Both the position numbers and the translations under genes were made by a program. The notes under the pieces were generated by a model. That model was not told the DNA's origin, searched no databases, and saw only the letters and a program-made list of their open reading frames with translations. Source: an uncultured virus (IMG/VR IMGVR_UViG_3300028832_000009) (Duplodnaviria > Heunggongvirae > Uroviricota > Caudoviricetes). Taken from it: a stretch of 64,000 bases of DNA. The stretch lies in IMG/VR virus record IMGVR_UViG_3300028832_000009; one strand, written 5' to 3'. Position 1 is the stretch's first letter; each line of letters starts with the position of its first letter. Positions 1 to 7,709 of the stretch are shown here, piece after piece.

Positions 1-50
1 CCTTCGGCCTCTGGTCAATATCAACCCTGTTTTGAATTGCACCGCGGCGT
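1..50. repeat. 50-bp terminal overlap identical to 63951-64000 (circular contig)
   Basis: ccttcggcct...accgcggcgt is identical at both ends, and the transposase reads in frame across the junction. Confidence 0.97.
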
Positions 51-481
51 TTTCGCTTGGATCCCCTTTTATGAAAACGACGACCTTTATGGCGCAAGTG
101 CGTATACAAATCTCCACCATGCTTTTTTTCCCACCAGATCCATTGATACAGCGTTTCATGGGAGACCATCTCCAATTTGTGACGCCGGCAATGCCCCACA
201 ATCTGCTCCGGACTGAAATCCTGCTCCAGCAATGCTCTGGCCCGGGCCTTGACTTCCTCACCGAACCGTCTCGGCAATCGACGATGATACCAGCGGTATT
301 CCGCCCGATACTGCGCTATCGCAGGTTTGTACACCCGAAATCGGGAGTAACCGTTGCGCTTGATCTCTCTCGAGATCGTTGATGGATGGACCTGCAGCCT
401 CGCTGCAATCCCTTTTTGGTTGAAACCGGCTTGAATTAAGCCATAGATTTCATACCTTTGTCTTTCGGACAAGTGTTTCAT
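1..481 (-). CDS. IS30 transposase, N-terminal part (joins 63451..63950; 326 aa in total)
   Basis: ATG at 481 gives MKHLSERQRYEIYGLIQAGFNQKGIAARLQVHPSTISREIKRN (IS30 HTH). Across the junction it reads RPKVVDHRKRFGDFEVDTIVG. 481+500=981 nt, in frame. Confidence 0.95.
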   Translation of the reverse strand, partial: MKHLSERQRYEIYGLIQAGFNQKGIAARLQVHPSTISREIKRNGYSRFRVYKPAIAQYRAEYRWYHRRLPRRFGEEVKARARALLEQDFSPEQIVGHCRRHKLEMVSHETLYQWIWWEKKHGGDLYTHLRHKGRRFHKRGSKRKRRGAIQNRVDIDQRPK

Positions 482-633
482 CTGTGACTGAGTTTTGGCG
501 AATGAGGCCACAAGATAGGCAGTTTTCCGCGGGTATCCTCCACTGGATACCCTTTTTTTGTCTTCTTAACTACCTTTCTCTCAGTCTTTCTCTAAAAAAT
601 TGCATTTAAAACTTGATACCTGCACAACTTATT

Positions 634-1542
634 ATGAGCACCAACACAAACAAAGGGCTTGTCTATACTGCCACGAAGAAGATAGGCAAGGACAAGGAAA
701 TCAATGTAAAAATCCGCCTTGATGATGACTGCAACAACAAGGTATGCGATTTTGCTATTACGGCAGAGATTTACGAGATTGCCAAGAATGGCAAAAGGGT
801 ATGGGTTGCAGGTGGATGCCTGCACGAAGAAATCCTTAAACACTTTCCCCAATTCGCCCCTTTCGTTAGGCTGCATCTTTCCAATCTCTATGGTCAGCCT
901 ATGTATGCAGTTGAAAACGGCATCTTTTGGCTGAAAGAGTCCACCGAAAAGGGTGCTGAATATCTCCGCATCCCCCTCGCCCTCGCCAAGATGTTGGTCA
1001 TTGACAAAGGCTATTTCAAATATCAGTTGTTCTCGCTCGGCATCGTGGACAAATGGAAAGAGGAAGCCGATGCAGCGATAGCGCAGTTGGAAGAACTCTG
1101 CGGAAAAAAGTTCGTAAATCCTTACACCCCCGAAGAAGAGAGATTTGTGCTCCGTCTCGGAGAGGAAGAGAGGGAGAAAATGAGGGGACTTGAAAGTCTC
1201 GGATATTTCACGCAGGCGGAAGTTGCCAAGCGCAAAAAGGCTGCGGATAAGCAGGCAAGGCAGGAAAAGCGCAGGAGCATCGCTGCAAGGTATGACAAGG
1301 ATATAGCGAAAGCAAGGCAGGAGAAGAAAGTGATGCTGGCAGTCTTTGACTGCCTCGGCTCGGTGGAGAATGTCATTCTCTATACCCACTATGAGAGACC
1401 GCGACTTTCGTTCAATGCCTTTGCATATCATCAAAGACAATGGACTGATGCCGAGATAGACAAGGTCTGCGCCCTGCCTGCCCTGCACAAGCTATCCCCC
1501 CTTGACATATACAATGACAAAACCCTGCGAGTGCAGCTATAA
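634..1542 (+). CDS. hypothetical early protein
   Basis: Long ORF; ATG at 634 follows an A/T-rich leader. The longer start at 613 lies inside the IS end. Confidence 0.8.
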   Translation: MSTNTNKGLVYTATKKIGKDKEINVKIRLDDDCNNKVCDFAITAEIYEIAKNGKRVWVAGGCLHEEILKHFPQFAPFVRLHLSNLYGQPMYAVENGIFWLKESTEKGAEYLRIPLALAKMLVIDKGYFKYQLFSLGIVDKWKEEADAAIAQLEELCGKKFVNPYTPEEERFVLRLGEEEREKMRGLESLGYFTQAEVAKRKKAADKQARQEKRRSIAARYDKDIAKARQEKKVMLAVFDCLGSVENVILYTHYERPRLSFNAFAYHQRQWTDAEIDKVCALPALHKLSPLDIYNDKTLRVQL

Positions 1543-1550
1543 CCCCTTGG

Positions 1551-1583
1551 GTGCGTGGTCTTGACCGACTGCGCACTCCCCAA
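1551..1583 (+). other. conserved intergenic hairpin, copy 1 (loop TTGACC, CCCAA tail)
   Basis: GTGCGTGGTC/GACTGCGCAC 10-bp stem. Confidence 0.7.
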
Positions 1584-1603
1584 TATCACTAAATCACAAA
1601 GTT

Positions 1604-1927
1604 ATGAAGAAGAAACAAATCATCCCCAATGAGCAGAACTTGCTCAAAGCATTGAGAGCCTGCGCCAAGGCGCACAAGGCACAATTCTTTTTCGTGGGCG
1701 AGGAACGCCAAGCGGTAGTCCTTTCCGCAGACATTCCTGCAACTTCCGACATCTGCGCGATTGTTCGCGCTTTTGCTGACTATCCGACTGATAGTGTTTG
1801 GATAGACAAGGGGTGGTTTACCACTACCATAGTGCTTTCCGCACTACAATATAGGGAAGAGGTGGACACTATCACTCTTTCCCTCGCTCTTCCCTACGGA
1901 AAGAGAGTAAGATACGCAACCGCTTAA
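1604..1927 (+). CDS. hypothetical protein
   Basis: Co-oriented ORF with an A-rich start context. Confidence 0.75.
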   Translation: MKKKQIIPNEQNLLKALRACAKAHKAQFFFVGEERQAVVLSADIPATSDICAIVRAFADYPTDSVWIDKGWFTTTIVLSALQYREEVDTITLSLALPYGKRVRYATA

Positions 1928-1939
1928 ACACTCGCAGAT

Positions 1940-2296
1940 ATGGCAGAAAATTACACACTTGACTTGAAAGTCTCGGAAATCGTGGCGCAGAATACTTCGA
2001 TATGCGCAAGGTGGGACACCAAGTATTGCCCTTACGGACACGAAGAGTTCGTGGATTGTTTCTCGCTTAAAGATTATGCGGATGATTGCAAGTATTTCAC
2101 GCATTGGCAGCGAGAGCAGGATAGGAAGAAGTTGCAGGCTATCCACAACGAAATCGGCAGCATCATTGACAATCTTGACCAATGCTGCAAGAAAGACGGA
2201 CTTCCCGACAAGTCGCACGAAGAGTTGCAGAAGATAATCCTCAACGGCTATGAGCGACTGAAAGAACTCCGCAGAACGATAGGCGCAGACCTCTGA
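1940..2296 (+). CDS. hypothetical protein
   Basis: Co-oriented, tightly packed ORF. Confidence 0.75.
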   Translation: MAENYTLDLKVSEIVAQNTSICARWDTKYCPYGHEEFVDCFSLKDYADDCKYFTHWQREQDRKKLQAIHNEIGSIIDNLDQCCKKDGLPDKSHEELQKIILNGYERLKELRRTIGADL

Positions 2297-2310
2297 ACTA
2301 TCAACCCTTT

Positions 2311-2344
2311 GGCTATGGGCGACTGACCTCTCCCATAGCCCCCA
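2311..2344 (+). other. conserved intergenic hairpin, copy 2 (loop CTGACC)
   Basis: GGCTATGGGCGA/TCTCCCATAGCC followed by CCCA. Confidence 0.7.
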
Positions 2345-2366
2345 CAACTTACAAACACCAATCAAG

Positions 2367-2639
2367 ATGCAGAACTTCGTACACCTCACGATTGACAACC
2401 GCTATCACGATGATATGCGGTTACGCAGGAGCGCGGACACCAAACTCTTCGGTTTCGTGGACTTCGCGCAGGCGAAAGCCAAGGCAATCGCTATGGGCAG
2501 GAACGCAATCAAGTGGGAGCAATCCCGATACAAGCAACTCGCTATCGCAACGAGGGAGACCGAGGGAGAGATTGTGATTGAGTTGTCCTACTTCCCCAAC
2601 GAGAAACCATTCAAAATCTATACAATCAACTATGCGTAA
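2367..2639 (+). CDS. hypothetical protein
   Basis: Co-oriented ORF with an A-rich leader. Confidence 0.7.
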   Translation: MQNFVHLTIDNRYHDDMRLRRSADTKLFGFVDFAQAKAKAIAMGRNAIKWEQSRYKQLAIATRETEGEIVIELSYFPNEKPFKIYTINYA

Positions 2640-2967
2640 AAGCATCATCATCCTTGCATTGCTTGTGGCAGCCATAAGCGCAGGGGCGCAAGAGCGCGAC
2701 ACCAAGAACTACACGCGAGAGGGCAATGTCTTTGTCCAGAGCGCAGCATCCCAAATCCTGCCCGATGACCGAGTTACCGCCTATGTGTGGCGAGACAACA
2801 AGGGCAGCGAGTACCCTATCATCCTGCACACCTACACCAAGGGAGAAAAGGCAGGAAAGACCACTTGCTATGTCATCCGCAGGAGCGCGAAGTCCGGTAA
2901 GGACTACCGGTACTTCATCCCCGACGGAGAACGCATCGCAGAAGAGATAATCAGGGAGGGCAAGTGA
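2632..2967 (+). CDS. hypothetical exported protein
   Basis: MRKSIIILALLVAAISAGA-Q is a typical Sec signal peptide with Gln at +1. Confidence 0.75.
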   Translation: MRKSIIILALLVAAISAGAQERDTKNYTREGNVFVQSAASQILPDDRVTAYVWRDNKGSEYPIILHTYTKGEKAGKTTCYVIRRSAKSGKDYRYFIPDGERIAEEIIREGK

Positions 2968-2968
2968 T

Positions 2969-3181
2969 ATGAAAGCGGTCATTCTCAACTACGCAGACGG
3001 AATTGTCTATATCGTGGATATTCCGCAGGAAATCGCAGCGACTACCGAGGAGCGAGGGGATACCTACAAGGTGGAAGAATACCTTGATGCACAAGGCTAC
3101 CCCCAAAGCGAGATAAGCTATATGCTCTGCGAGGGCAAGGTGCAGTTGCAGGTAAACGGCAGCGATGCCATTGTCCTATGA
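2969..3181 (+). CDS. hypothetical protein
   Basis: Abuts both neighbours. Confidence 0.7.
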   Translation: MKAVILNYADGIVYIVDIPQEIAATTEERGDTYKVEEYLDAQGYPQSEISYMLCEGKVQLQVNGSDAIVL

Positions 3182-3423
3182 GCAGGAGCAGGAAACCCAC
3201 CAACAAAGTCCTCTATGACTACTGCAAGAAGAACATAGAGGACTTCTCCGAGCGCGAGAGCATCGCGTGGGGGATAATGGACAGGCAGAGGTGCTCCCTT
3301 GAAATGGCAGAGCCCTCGCTCTACTACGAAATGTCCAACTGCATTGATGACTATTGCTCCGACAATGAACTCAACGCAGAGGACTACGACACCGAAGAGG
3401 TGTTCTTTCATCACGACAAGTAA
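3178..3423 (+). CDS. hypothetical acidic protein
   Basis: ATGA overlap with the previous gene; D/E-rich C-terminus. Confidence 0.7.
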   Translation: MSRSRKPTNKVLYDYCKKNIEDFSERESIAWGIMDRQRCSLEMAEPSLYYEMSNCIDDYCSDNELNAEDYDTEEVFFHHDK

Positions 3424-3449
3424 ACAATCAACCAATCATCACGACCAAT

Positions 3450-3761
3450 ATGGAACAACTCAACAAAGTGGAACTGCGTGGCATAGTCGGCAATGTCAGT
3501 TCCAACCTTGTAGCCGACAAGCATCACACGCGCTTTCAAGTGGCGACAAACCTCGCCTACAAGGACAAGCAGGGCAATGCGGTCGTAGAGACCACTTGGC
3601 TTTCCGTCTCCGCTTTCTCGGACAAGCCGAGCGAACTCCGATGCGGAGACAAGGTCTATGTCCTCGGCAGGCTGCGCAACAACCGCTACATAGACACCTA
3701 CGGAGTGGAGCGATGCTCCACCGAGGTGGTAGCCAACAAGGTAACAATCATCAAGGAGTAG
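3450..3761 (+). CDS. ssb: single-stranded DNA-binding protein, short form (OB fold only)
   Basis: LNKVELRGIVG...FQVATN...ETTWLSV...GDKVYVLGRLRNNRYID...TEVVA; no acidic tail. Confidence 0.9.
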   Translation: MEQLNKVELRGIVGNVSSNLVADKHHTRFQVATNLAYKDKQGNAVVETTWLSVSAFSDKPSELRCGDKVYVLGRLRNNRYIDTYGVERCSTEVVANKVTIIKE

Positions 3762-3766
3762 GGACT

Positions 3767-3979
3767 ATGAAACCATTCGCCAAAATCACACTCGTTCTCG
3801 GGGTGGAACACCACCGCGCAACGGATGAACGCGAGATTACGCCACTCAACGCCTACACACGCGAAGAAGATGCAGTCGCTTTCGGAGTTTTGTGGGCGAG
3901 GGAGCAAGGCGAACTCCATACGGAGCAGGGCAGGAATGTCAGTTGCTCCTACAAGCTACAAACGATAAACCTCTACTGA
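3767..3979 (+). CDS. hypothetical protein
   Basis: ATG at 3767 (MKPFAKIT...), packed between neighbours. Confidence 0.65.
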   Translation: MKPFAKITLVLGVEHHRATDEREITPLNAYTREEDAVAFGVLWAREQGELHTEQGRNVSCSYKLQTINLY

Positions 3980-3980
3980 T

Positions 3981-4211
3981 ATGATACACGAAACGCAAGT
4001 AACGCTCACGCAGACCGAACTGACAACCATTCAGATACTCTGCACCGAGTTCATCCGCAGGGATGCCCAAGGCATCCACTCCGACCTGCACAAGACCGAG
4101 AGGACAAGGCAGATATGGCTGACCTCTTGTGGCAGCATCGTAGCCAAGACCAACAACGCGCTCACTCATTGTCTCGTTACCAACGAGCAGGCTGCGCCAA
4201 TCAACTACTGA
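3981..4211 (+). CDS. hypothetical protein
   Basis: Tightly packed, co-oriented ORF. Confidence 0.65.
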   Translation: MIHETQVTLTQTELTTIQILCTEFIRRDAQGIHSDLHKTERTRQIWLTSCGSIVAKTNNALTHCLVTNEQAAPINY

Positions 4212-4217
4212 CACCTT

Positions 4218-4253
4218 GGTATGGGGAGACTGATACTTTCCCCATACCCCCAA
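4218..4253 (+). other. conserved intergenic hairpin, copy 3 (loop CTGATAC)
   Basis: GGTATGGGGAGA/TTTCCCCATACC followed by CCCAA. Confidence 0.7.
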
Positions 4254-4279
4254 TTATCAACAATCAAAACCAAGTCATT

Positions 4280-5032
4280 ATGGCAGAAGAAATCAATGAT
4301 TTGTTCGCTATCCAAGAGGAAAACGAGCAGAACGCCACGCCCACGCAGGCGGTGGTGGCAGAAGAGCCAATCAACGAGCAGACCGAAGAGGTGGTGGATG
4401 ATGAAGATACCACCGAAGAGGACTGCGGAGAGACCGAGCAGGCAACGGATGAAGAAAAGTCCGCTGGATCTGCCGAGCAGGAGACCAAGGAGAAGAAACT
4501 TTCTCCCTATGAGCAGATTGTCCTCAACGAAATGCAGCGCAGGGCAGCCGAGGGCGACCAAGCACTCGCAACCGCTTTGCAGTCCAAGGACAAGGACATT
4601 CATTCGTGTTGGTCATACATTACCGCACAAGCAAGGAAGAAGGCAAGTGGCAACTGCGCGATGATTGAGGATGCAGAGGTGTTCGGTTGGGCGGTGCATT
4701 ACTACACCGAGAGCAAGGAGACCATTGAGAAAGAGTGCCCCTCGCTGAAACCCTATGTGCCCAAGAAAGCCGAAAAGACCGCAGAGCAGAAGAAGAGGGA
4801 AGAGACCGAGAAGAAAGTCAAGGCAAACCCCCTACTTGATGCGCTGATGAAGAGAGGTGCGAAGATTACCGATAGCGGAGAGATTGCCGTTACCAAGACC
4901 ACCGAGAAGAAAGATGACAAGGGCAACATTCTATCCGCGAAGATAGTCAAGACCGATGCCGAGGGCACTCGCACGACCACTATCAAGAAAGACGGACAAA
5001 CCTACACTATGACCGAGTTCTCACTCTTCTAA
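4280..5032 (+). CDS. PcfK-like (AcrIIA9-family) protein with an acidic N-terminal extension
   Basis: KDIHSCWSYITAQARK...CAMIEDAEVFGWAVHYY motif and C-terminal FSLF; lies directly upstream of a PcfJ-like gene. Confidence 0.8.
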   Translation: MAEEINDLFAIQEENEQNATPTQAVVAEEPINEQTEEVVDDEDTTEEDCGETEQATDEEKSAGSAEQETKEKKLSPYEQIVLNEMQRRAAEGDQALATALQSKDKDIHSCWSYITAQARKKASGNCAMIEDAEVFGWAVHYYTESKETIEKECPSLKPYVPKKAEKTAEQKKREETEKKVKANPLLDALMKRGAKITDSGEIAVTKTTEKKDDKGNILSAKIVKTDAEGTRTTTIKKDGQTYTMTEFSLF

Positions 5033-5044
5033 ATCTATGATGCT

Positions 5045-6475
5045 ATGAAAAGGAATCAGAAACAACTTGACAAAGCCGAGATTATGTTCCTTGACAAGAT
5101 GCTCCCGAAGTTCGGGGAACTCGGCAAGCGCGTAATGTCTTTCGTGGCGCACCCCTACAAGCACTCTATGTGCGCTGCCAAGTATGGCAAGAGGGCGCAG
5201 GCGAAAGACATCTATTGGTGCAGCGAGTGCGGTGCGGAGTTTCCTTTATCCGAGGTTAAGGACTTCCGCAGAAATCCCGATATTCCTGCTGAAACGAAAT
5301 ACTACCACTATTGGTATAAGTACCTCGGCACTTGCCCTCATTGTGGCAGGCAGATGAAGATTGAGAAAGGTGGGGCGTATAAGCATCAAAGGTTTGAGGA
5401 TATTATCGCGGTTAATGCCACTATGGGAGAGTGGAAGATAACCCGATATTTCGTTAGGCACGCCTTCGGTGTCCCAGGCAAGCCTGCGCAGGTCAATATA
5501 GAGGACATTGGCGCGAGCTGGACAAAGGGTGGCAACACCTATCACTATATCGCTCGTTTGGGCGGTATGTACTACTCAAAGTTTTGGCGTTCGTACACAA
5601 GACACTTCGCGCAGGACGGAATAGGCAGCGATACGGAATGCAAGACCACCGAGAGATACCGCATCCCTGCAAGTTTCTCCCTTTCCGCAGAACTGACCAA
5701 GAGGGGCATAGACCCCGACAAGACGCACGGACTTAAACTTGATTGGATACTTGACACTATGGCAGAGTATCCTGCGTTTGAGACCTTGTGGAAGGCAGGG
5801 GAGTGGAAACTCGCCACATTCTTCAAGCGCAGAATCAATGCGTACTGGGCGCAGATAAAGATTGTCCGCAGGCACGGATATGAGATTGCCGACCTGCGCG
5901 AGTGGCGCGATATGGTGGATATGCTGCATTGTCTTGATATGGACACCCACAATCCCAAGTTCCTCTGCCCCGATAACCTGCACGATGCCCACAACGCACT
6001 CGTTGCCGAGAGACAACGCAGGCGGAGGATAGAGGAAGAGAGGTGGCGCAGGCAGCAGGATGAATGGGCGAGGGAGAGGGCAAGGCAGGCGATGCTCACG
6101 CGAGAGCAGACCAATAACGAGTTCATCAAGCGCAGGGGAAAATACTTCGGCATCAGCATCCCCTCCACCGCAGGCTTTACCATTGTCGCGCTCCAGAGTG
6201 TAGATGACTTTGAGCGCGAGGGCAACACCCTGCACCACTGCGTGTATGCTTGTGGCTACTACAAGAAAGAGGGGTCGCTGATACTATCCGCGAGGGATGC
6301 GGACAACAACCCCATAGAGACCTTGGAGATAGATTTAAGGAGTTACAAGATACTCCAATGCTATGGACCGCACGATAGCTTTACGCCCCTGCACAAAGAG
6401 ATTGTCAAGACTATGACCGACAATATGTGGCAGGTCAAGGCAGCCGCCAAGGGCGGTGCTGCGCAGGTCGCATAG
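5045..6475 (+). CDS. PcfJ-like protein
   Basis: CSEC/CPHC zinc motifs; WRDMVDML...NPKFLCPDNLHDAH; EGNTLHHCV...SLILSAR...ETLEI...ILQCYG. Confidence 0.88.
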   Translation: MKRNQKQLDKAEIMFLDKMLPKFGELGKRVMSFVAHPYKHSMCAAKYGKRAQAKDIYWCSECGAEFPLSEVKDFRRNPDIPAETKYYHYWYKYLGTCPHCGRQMKIEKGGAYKHQRFEDIIAVNATMGEWKITRYFVRHAFGVPGKPAQVNIEDIGASWTKGGNTYHYIARLGGMYYSKFWRSYTRHFAQDGIGSDTECKTTERYRIPASFSLSAELTKRGIDPDKTHGLKLDWILDTMAEYPAFETLWKAGEWKLATFFKRRINAYWAQIKIVRRHGYEIADLREWRDMVDMLHCLDMDTHNPKFLCPDNLHDAHNALVAERQRRRRIEEERWRRQQDEWARERARQAMLTREQTNNEFIKRRGKYFGISIPSTAGFTIVALQSVDDFEREGNTLHHCVYACGYYKKEGSLILSARDADNNPIETLEIDLRSYKILQCYGPHDSFTPLHKEIVKTMTDNMWQVKAAAKGGAAQVA

Positions 6476-6485
6476 AGTTCCCAAT

Positions 6486-6520
6486 GGCGGTAGGTGGCTG
6501 ATACCTGCCTACCGCTCCCA
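6486..6520 (+). other. conserved intergenic hairpin, copy 4 (loop CTGATA)
   Basis: GGCGGTAGGTGG/CCTGCCTACCGCT followed by CCCA. Confidence 0.7.
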
Positions 6521-6547
6521 TATATCAACCATTAAACAACAATCAAG

Positions 6548-6793
6548 ATGAAAAAGTACACAACCAACGATGTCTCCTTGAACGAGGAGCAAATCTACGA
6601 CCACGCAATCGCAGTCGTACACACAATCCACAGCAACTGCCCTATGGGTGCTATCGTCATCCTCTTCAACGAGTGGAGCGAGCTGGAGGAAGAGGGATTT
6701 GACGGAGAGGATATACTCGCCCTTGAAAACGCCACTTCCGTAGGGGATGCCCGAGAGGTGGGAATGGGTGCGGTAGTCGTAGTCCTCAAATAG
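6548..6793 (+). CDS. hypothetical acidic protein
   Basis: Leader caatcaagATG resembles those of other early genes. Confidence 0.7.
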   Translation: MKKYTTNDVSLNEEQIYDHAIAVVHTIHSNCPMGAIVILFNEWSELEEEGFDGEDILALENATSVGDAREVGMGAVVVVLK

Positions 6794-6814
6794 TATCAAT
6801 CAACCAATCAAGAT

Positions 6815-7030
6815 ATGGCGACAACAATCTACAAGACCACGGAGAGGGTAGGTCGGAGACCTATCTTCTCCTATCCGTTCAACAGCACTATTATGGCTTA
6901 TGACAAGCTGATTTCCGCAGCGCAGAGACTGCGCCTTGTGCCACGCAAACTCCGCGAGGGCGTGGAAATTCAGTATCATCACGGAGATACCATTGCGGTC
7001 TATACCGCAGAGGTGGAAGAAAATTGCTAA
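6815..7030 (+). CDS. hypothetical protein
   Basis: A-rich leader, co-oriented. Confidence 0.65.
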   Translation: MATTIYKTTERVGRRPIFSYPFNSTIMAYDKLISAAQRLRLVPRKLREGVEIQYHHGDTIAVYTAEVEENC

Positions 7031-7043
7031 CTTTGCCTGCGTG

Positions 7044-7334
7044 ATGAAACGGAAACGGACACTATCAGACCTGCGGTATCTCACACTCTTCCCCAAGGGC
7101 GTGGCGGTGCCGCAGGGATTGACAACCGAGCAATGGGCGGAAGTCTCCCGCAGGCGTGGGAGGATAGCCAAGGCGGTGTCCTGCACCGACAGGCATTGGC
7201 GCGTGGTTACTTTCCAGGACGGACACGAAGAACTCGCATACCTCACGGCAAGGAGGGGGTATGTGTATCGCGGTCTGCTCCTGCGCAGACTTCTCCCAGT
7301 GTGGGCGGTCAAGGGAACGAGAACGGCATTTTGA
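7044..7334 (+). CDS. hypothetical basic protein
   Basis: ATG at 7044 just downstream of TAACTTTG (7028-7035). Confidence 0.55.
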   Translation: MKRKRTLSDLRYLTLFPKGVAVPQGLTTEQWAEVSRRRGRIAKAVSCTDRHWRVVTFQDGHEELAYLTARRGYVYRGLLLRRLLPVWAVKGTRTAF

Positions 7335-7356
7335 CAACCAAGATTACATAGTTATT

Positions 7357-7617
7357 ATGGCAGCATCAACCAAGAAGAAAAAGGAGACCACCCCGTCTGA
7401 GAAGGGCTGGGGTGGCAGGCGCGAGGGCGCAGGCAGGAAGAAGGGCACGAAGATGGTGGAGAACCCCATAAGCGAGCACCTCTCGTTCCGAGTTACCGCA
7501 GATACCCTCCGCAGGGTAAAGGCTCTGCGCGAGATGACCAAGGAGGACGACCTCTCGTTCAACCGGCAGTTCGAGCTGTGGGTGAAAGACATAGCGCAGG
7601 ACTACGGCATAGAATAG
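7357..7617 (+). CDS. small DNA-binding protein (possibly ribbon-helix-helix)
   Basis: GWGGRREGAGRKKG motif followed by LSFRVT and two helices. Confidence 0.7.
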   Translation: MAASTKKKKETTPSEKGWGGRREGAGRKKGTKMVENPISEHLSFRVTADTLRRVKALREMTKEDDLSFNRQFELWVKDIAQDYGIE

Positions 7618-7670
7618 GCAATCAAGCAATCAAGCAATCAACCAAGCCTTGTCAGGTGTATGTGCAAAGA

Positions 7671-7705
7671 AGAAGGGCGGTCACGATATCGTGGCTGCCC
7701 TTTCT
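7671..7705. terminator. probable bidirectional terminator between the early operon and the integrase
   Basis: AGAAGGGCGGTCACG-ATAT-CGTGGCTGCCCTTTCT hairpin between convergent genes. Confidence 0.7.
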
Positions 7706-7709
7706 CGTT

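Larger units (their letters stand above)
1..623 (-). mobile_element. IS30-family (IS4351-like) element, part 1; whole element 63367..63950+1..623, about 1207 bp
   Basis: This end reads GCAGGTATCAAGTTTTAAATGCAATT on the minus strand and matches the other end TCTAAGCTCAAGTACGAAATGCAATT (63367 on). 3-bp duplication ACA at 624-626 and 63364-63366. Confidence 0.9.

Noticed and set aside
592..1488. 298-aa minus-strand ORF
   Set aside because: Antisense shadow of gene 634..1542 that ends inside the IS inverted repeat
1551..6520. CRISPR-like array formed by the repeated hairpins
   Set aside because: The stems differ in sequence, spacing is irregular, whole genes separate the copies, and there are no cas genes
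7618..7641. GCAATCAA x3 tandem repeat
   Set aside because: Short intergenic slippage-type repeat with no supporting context
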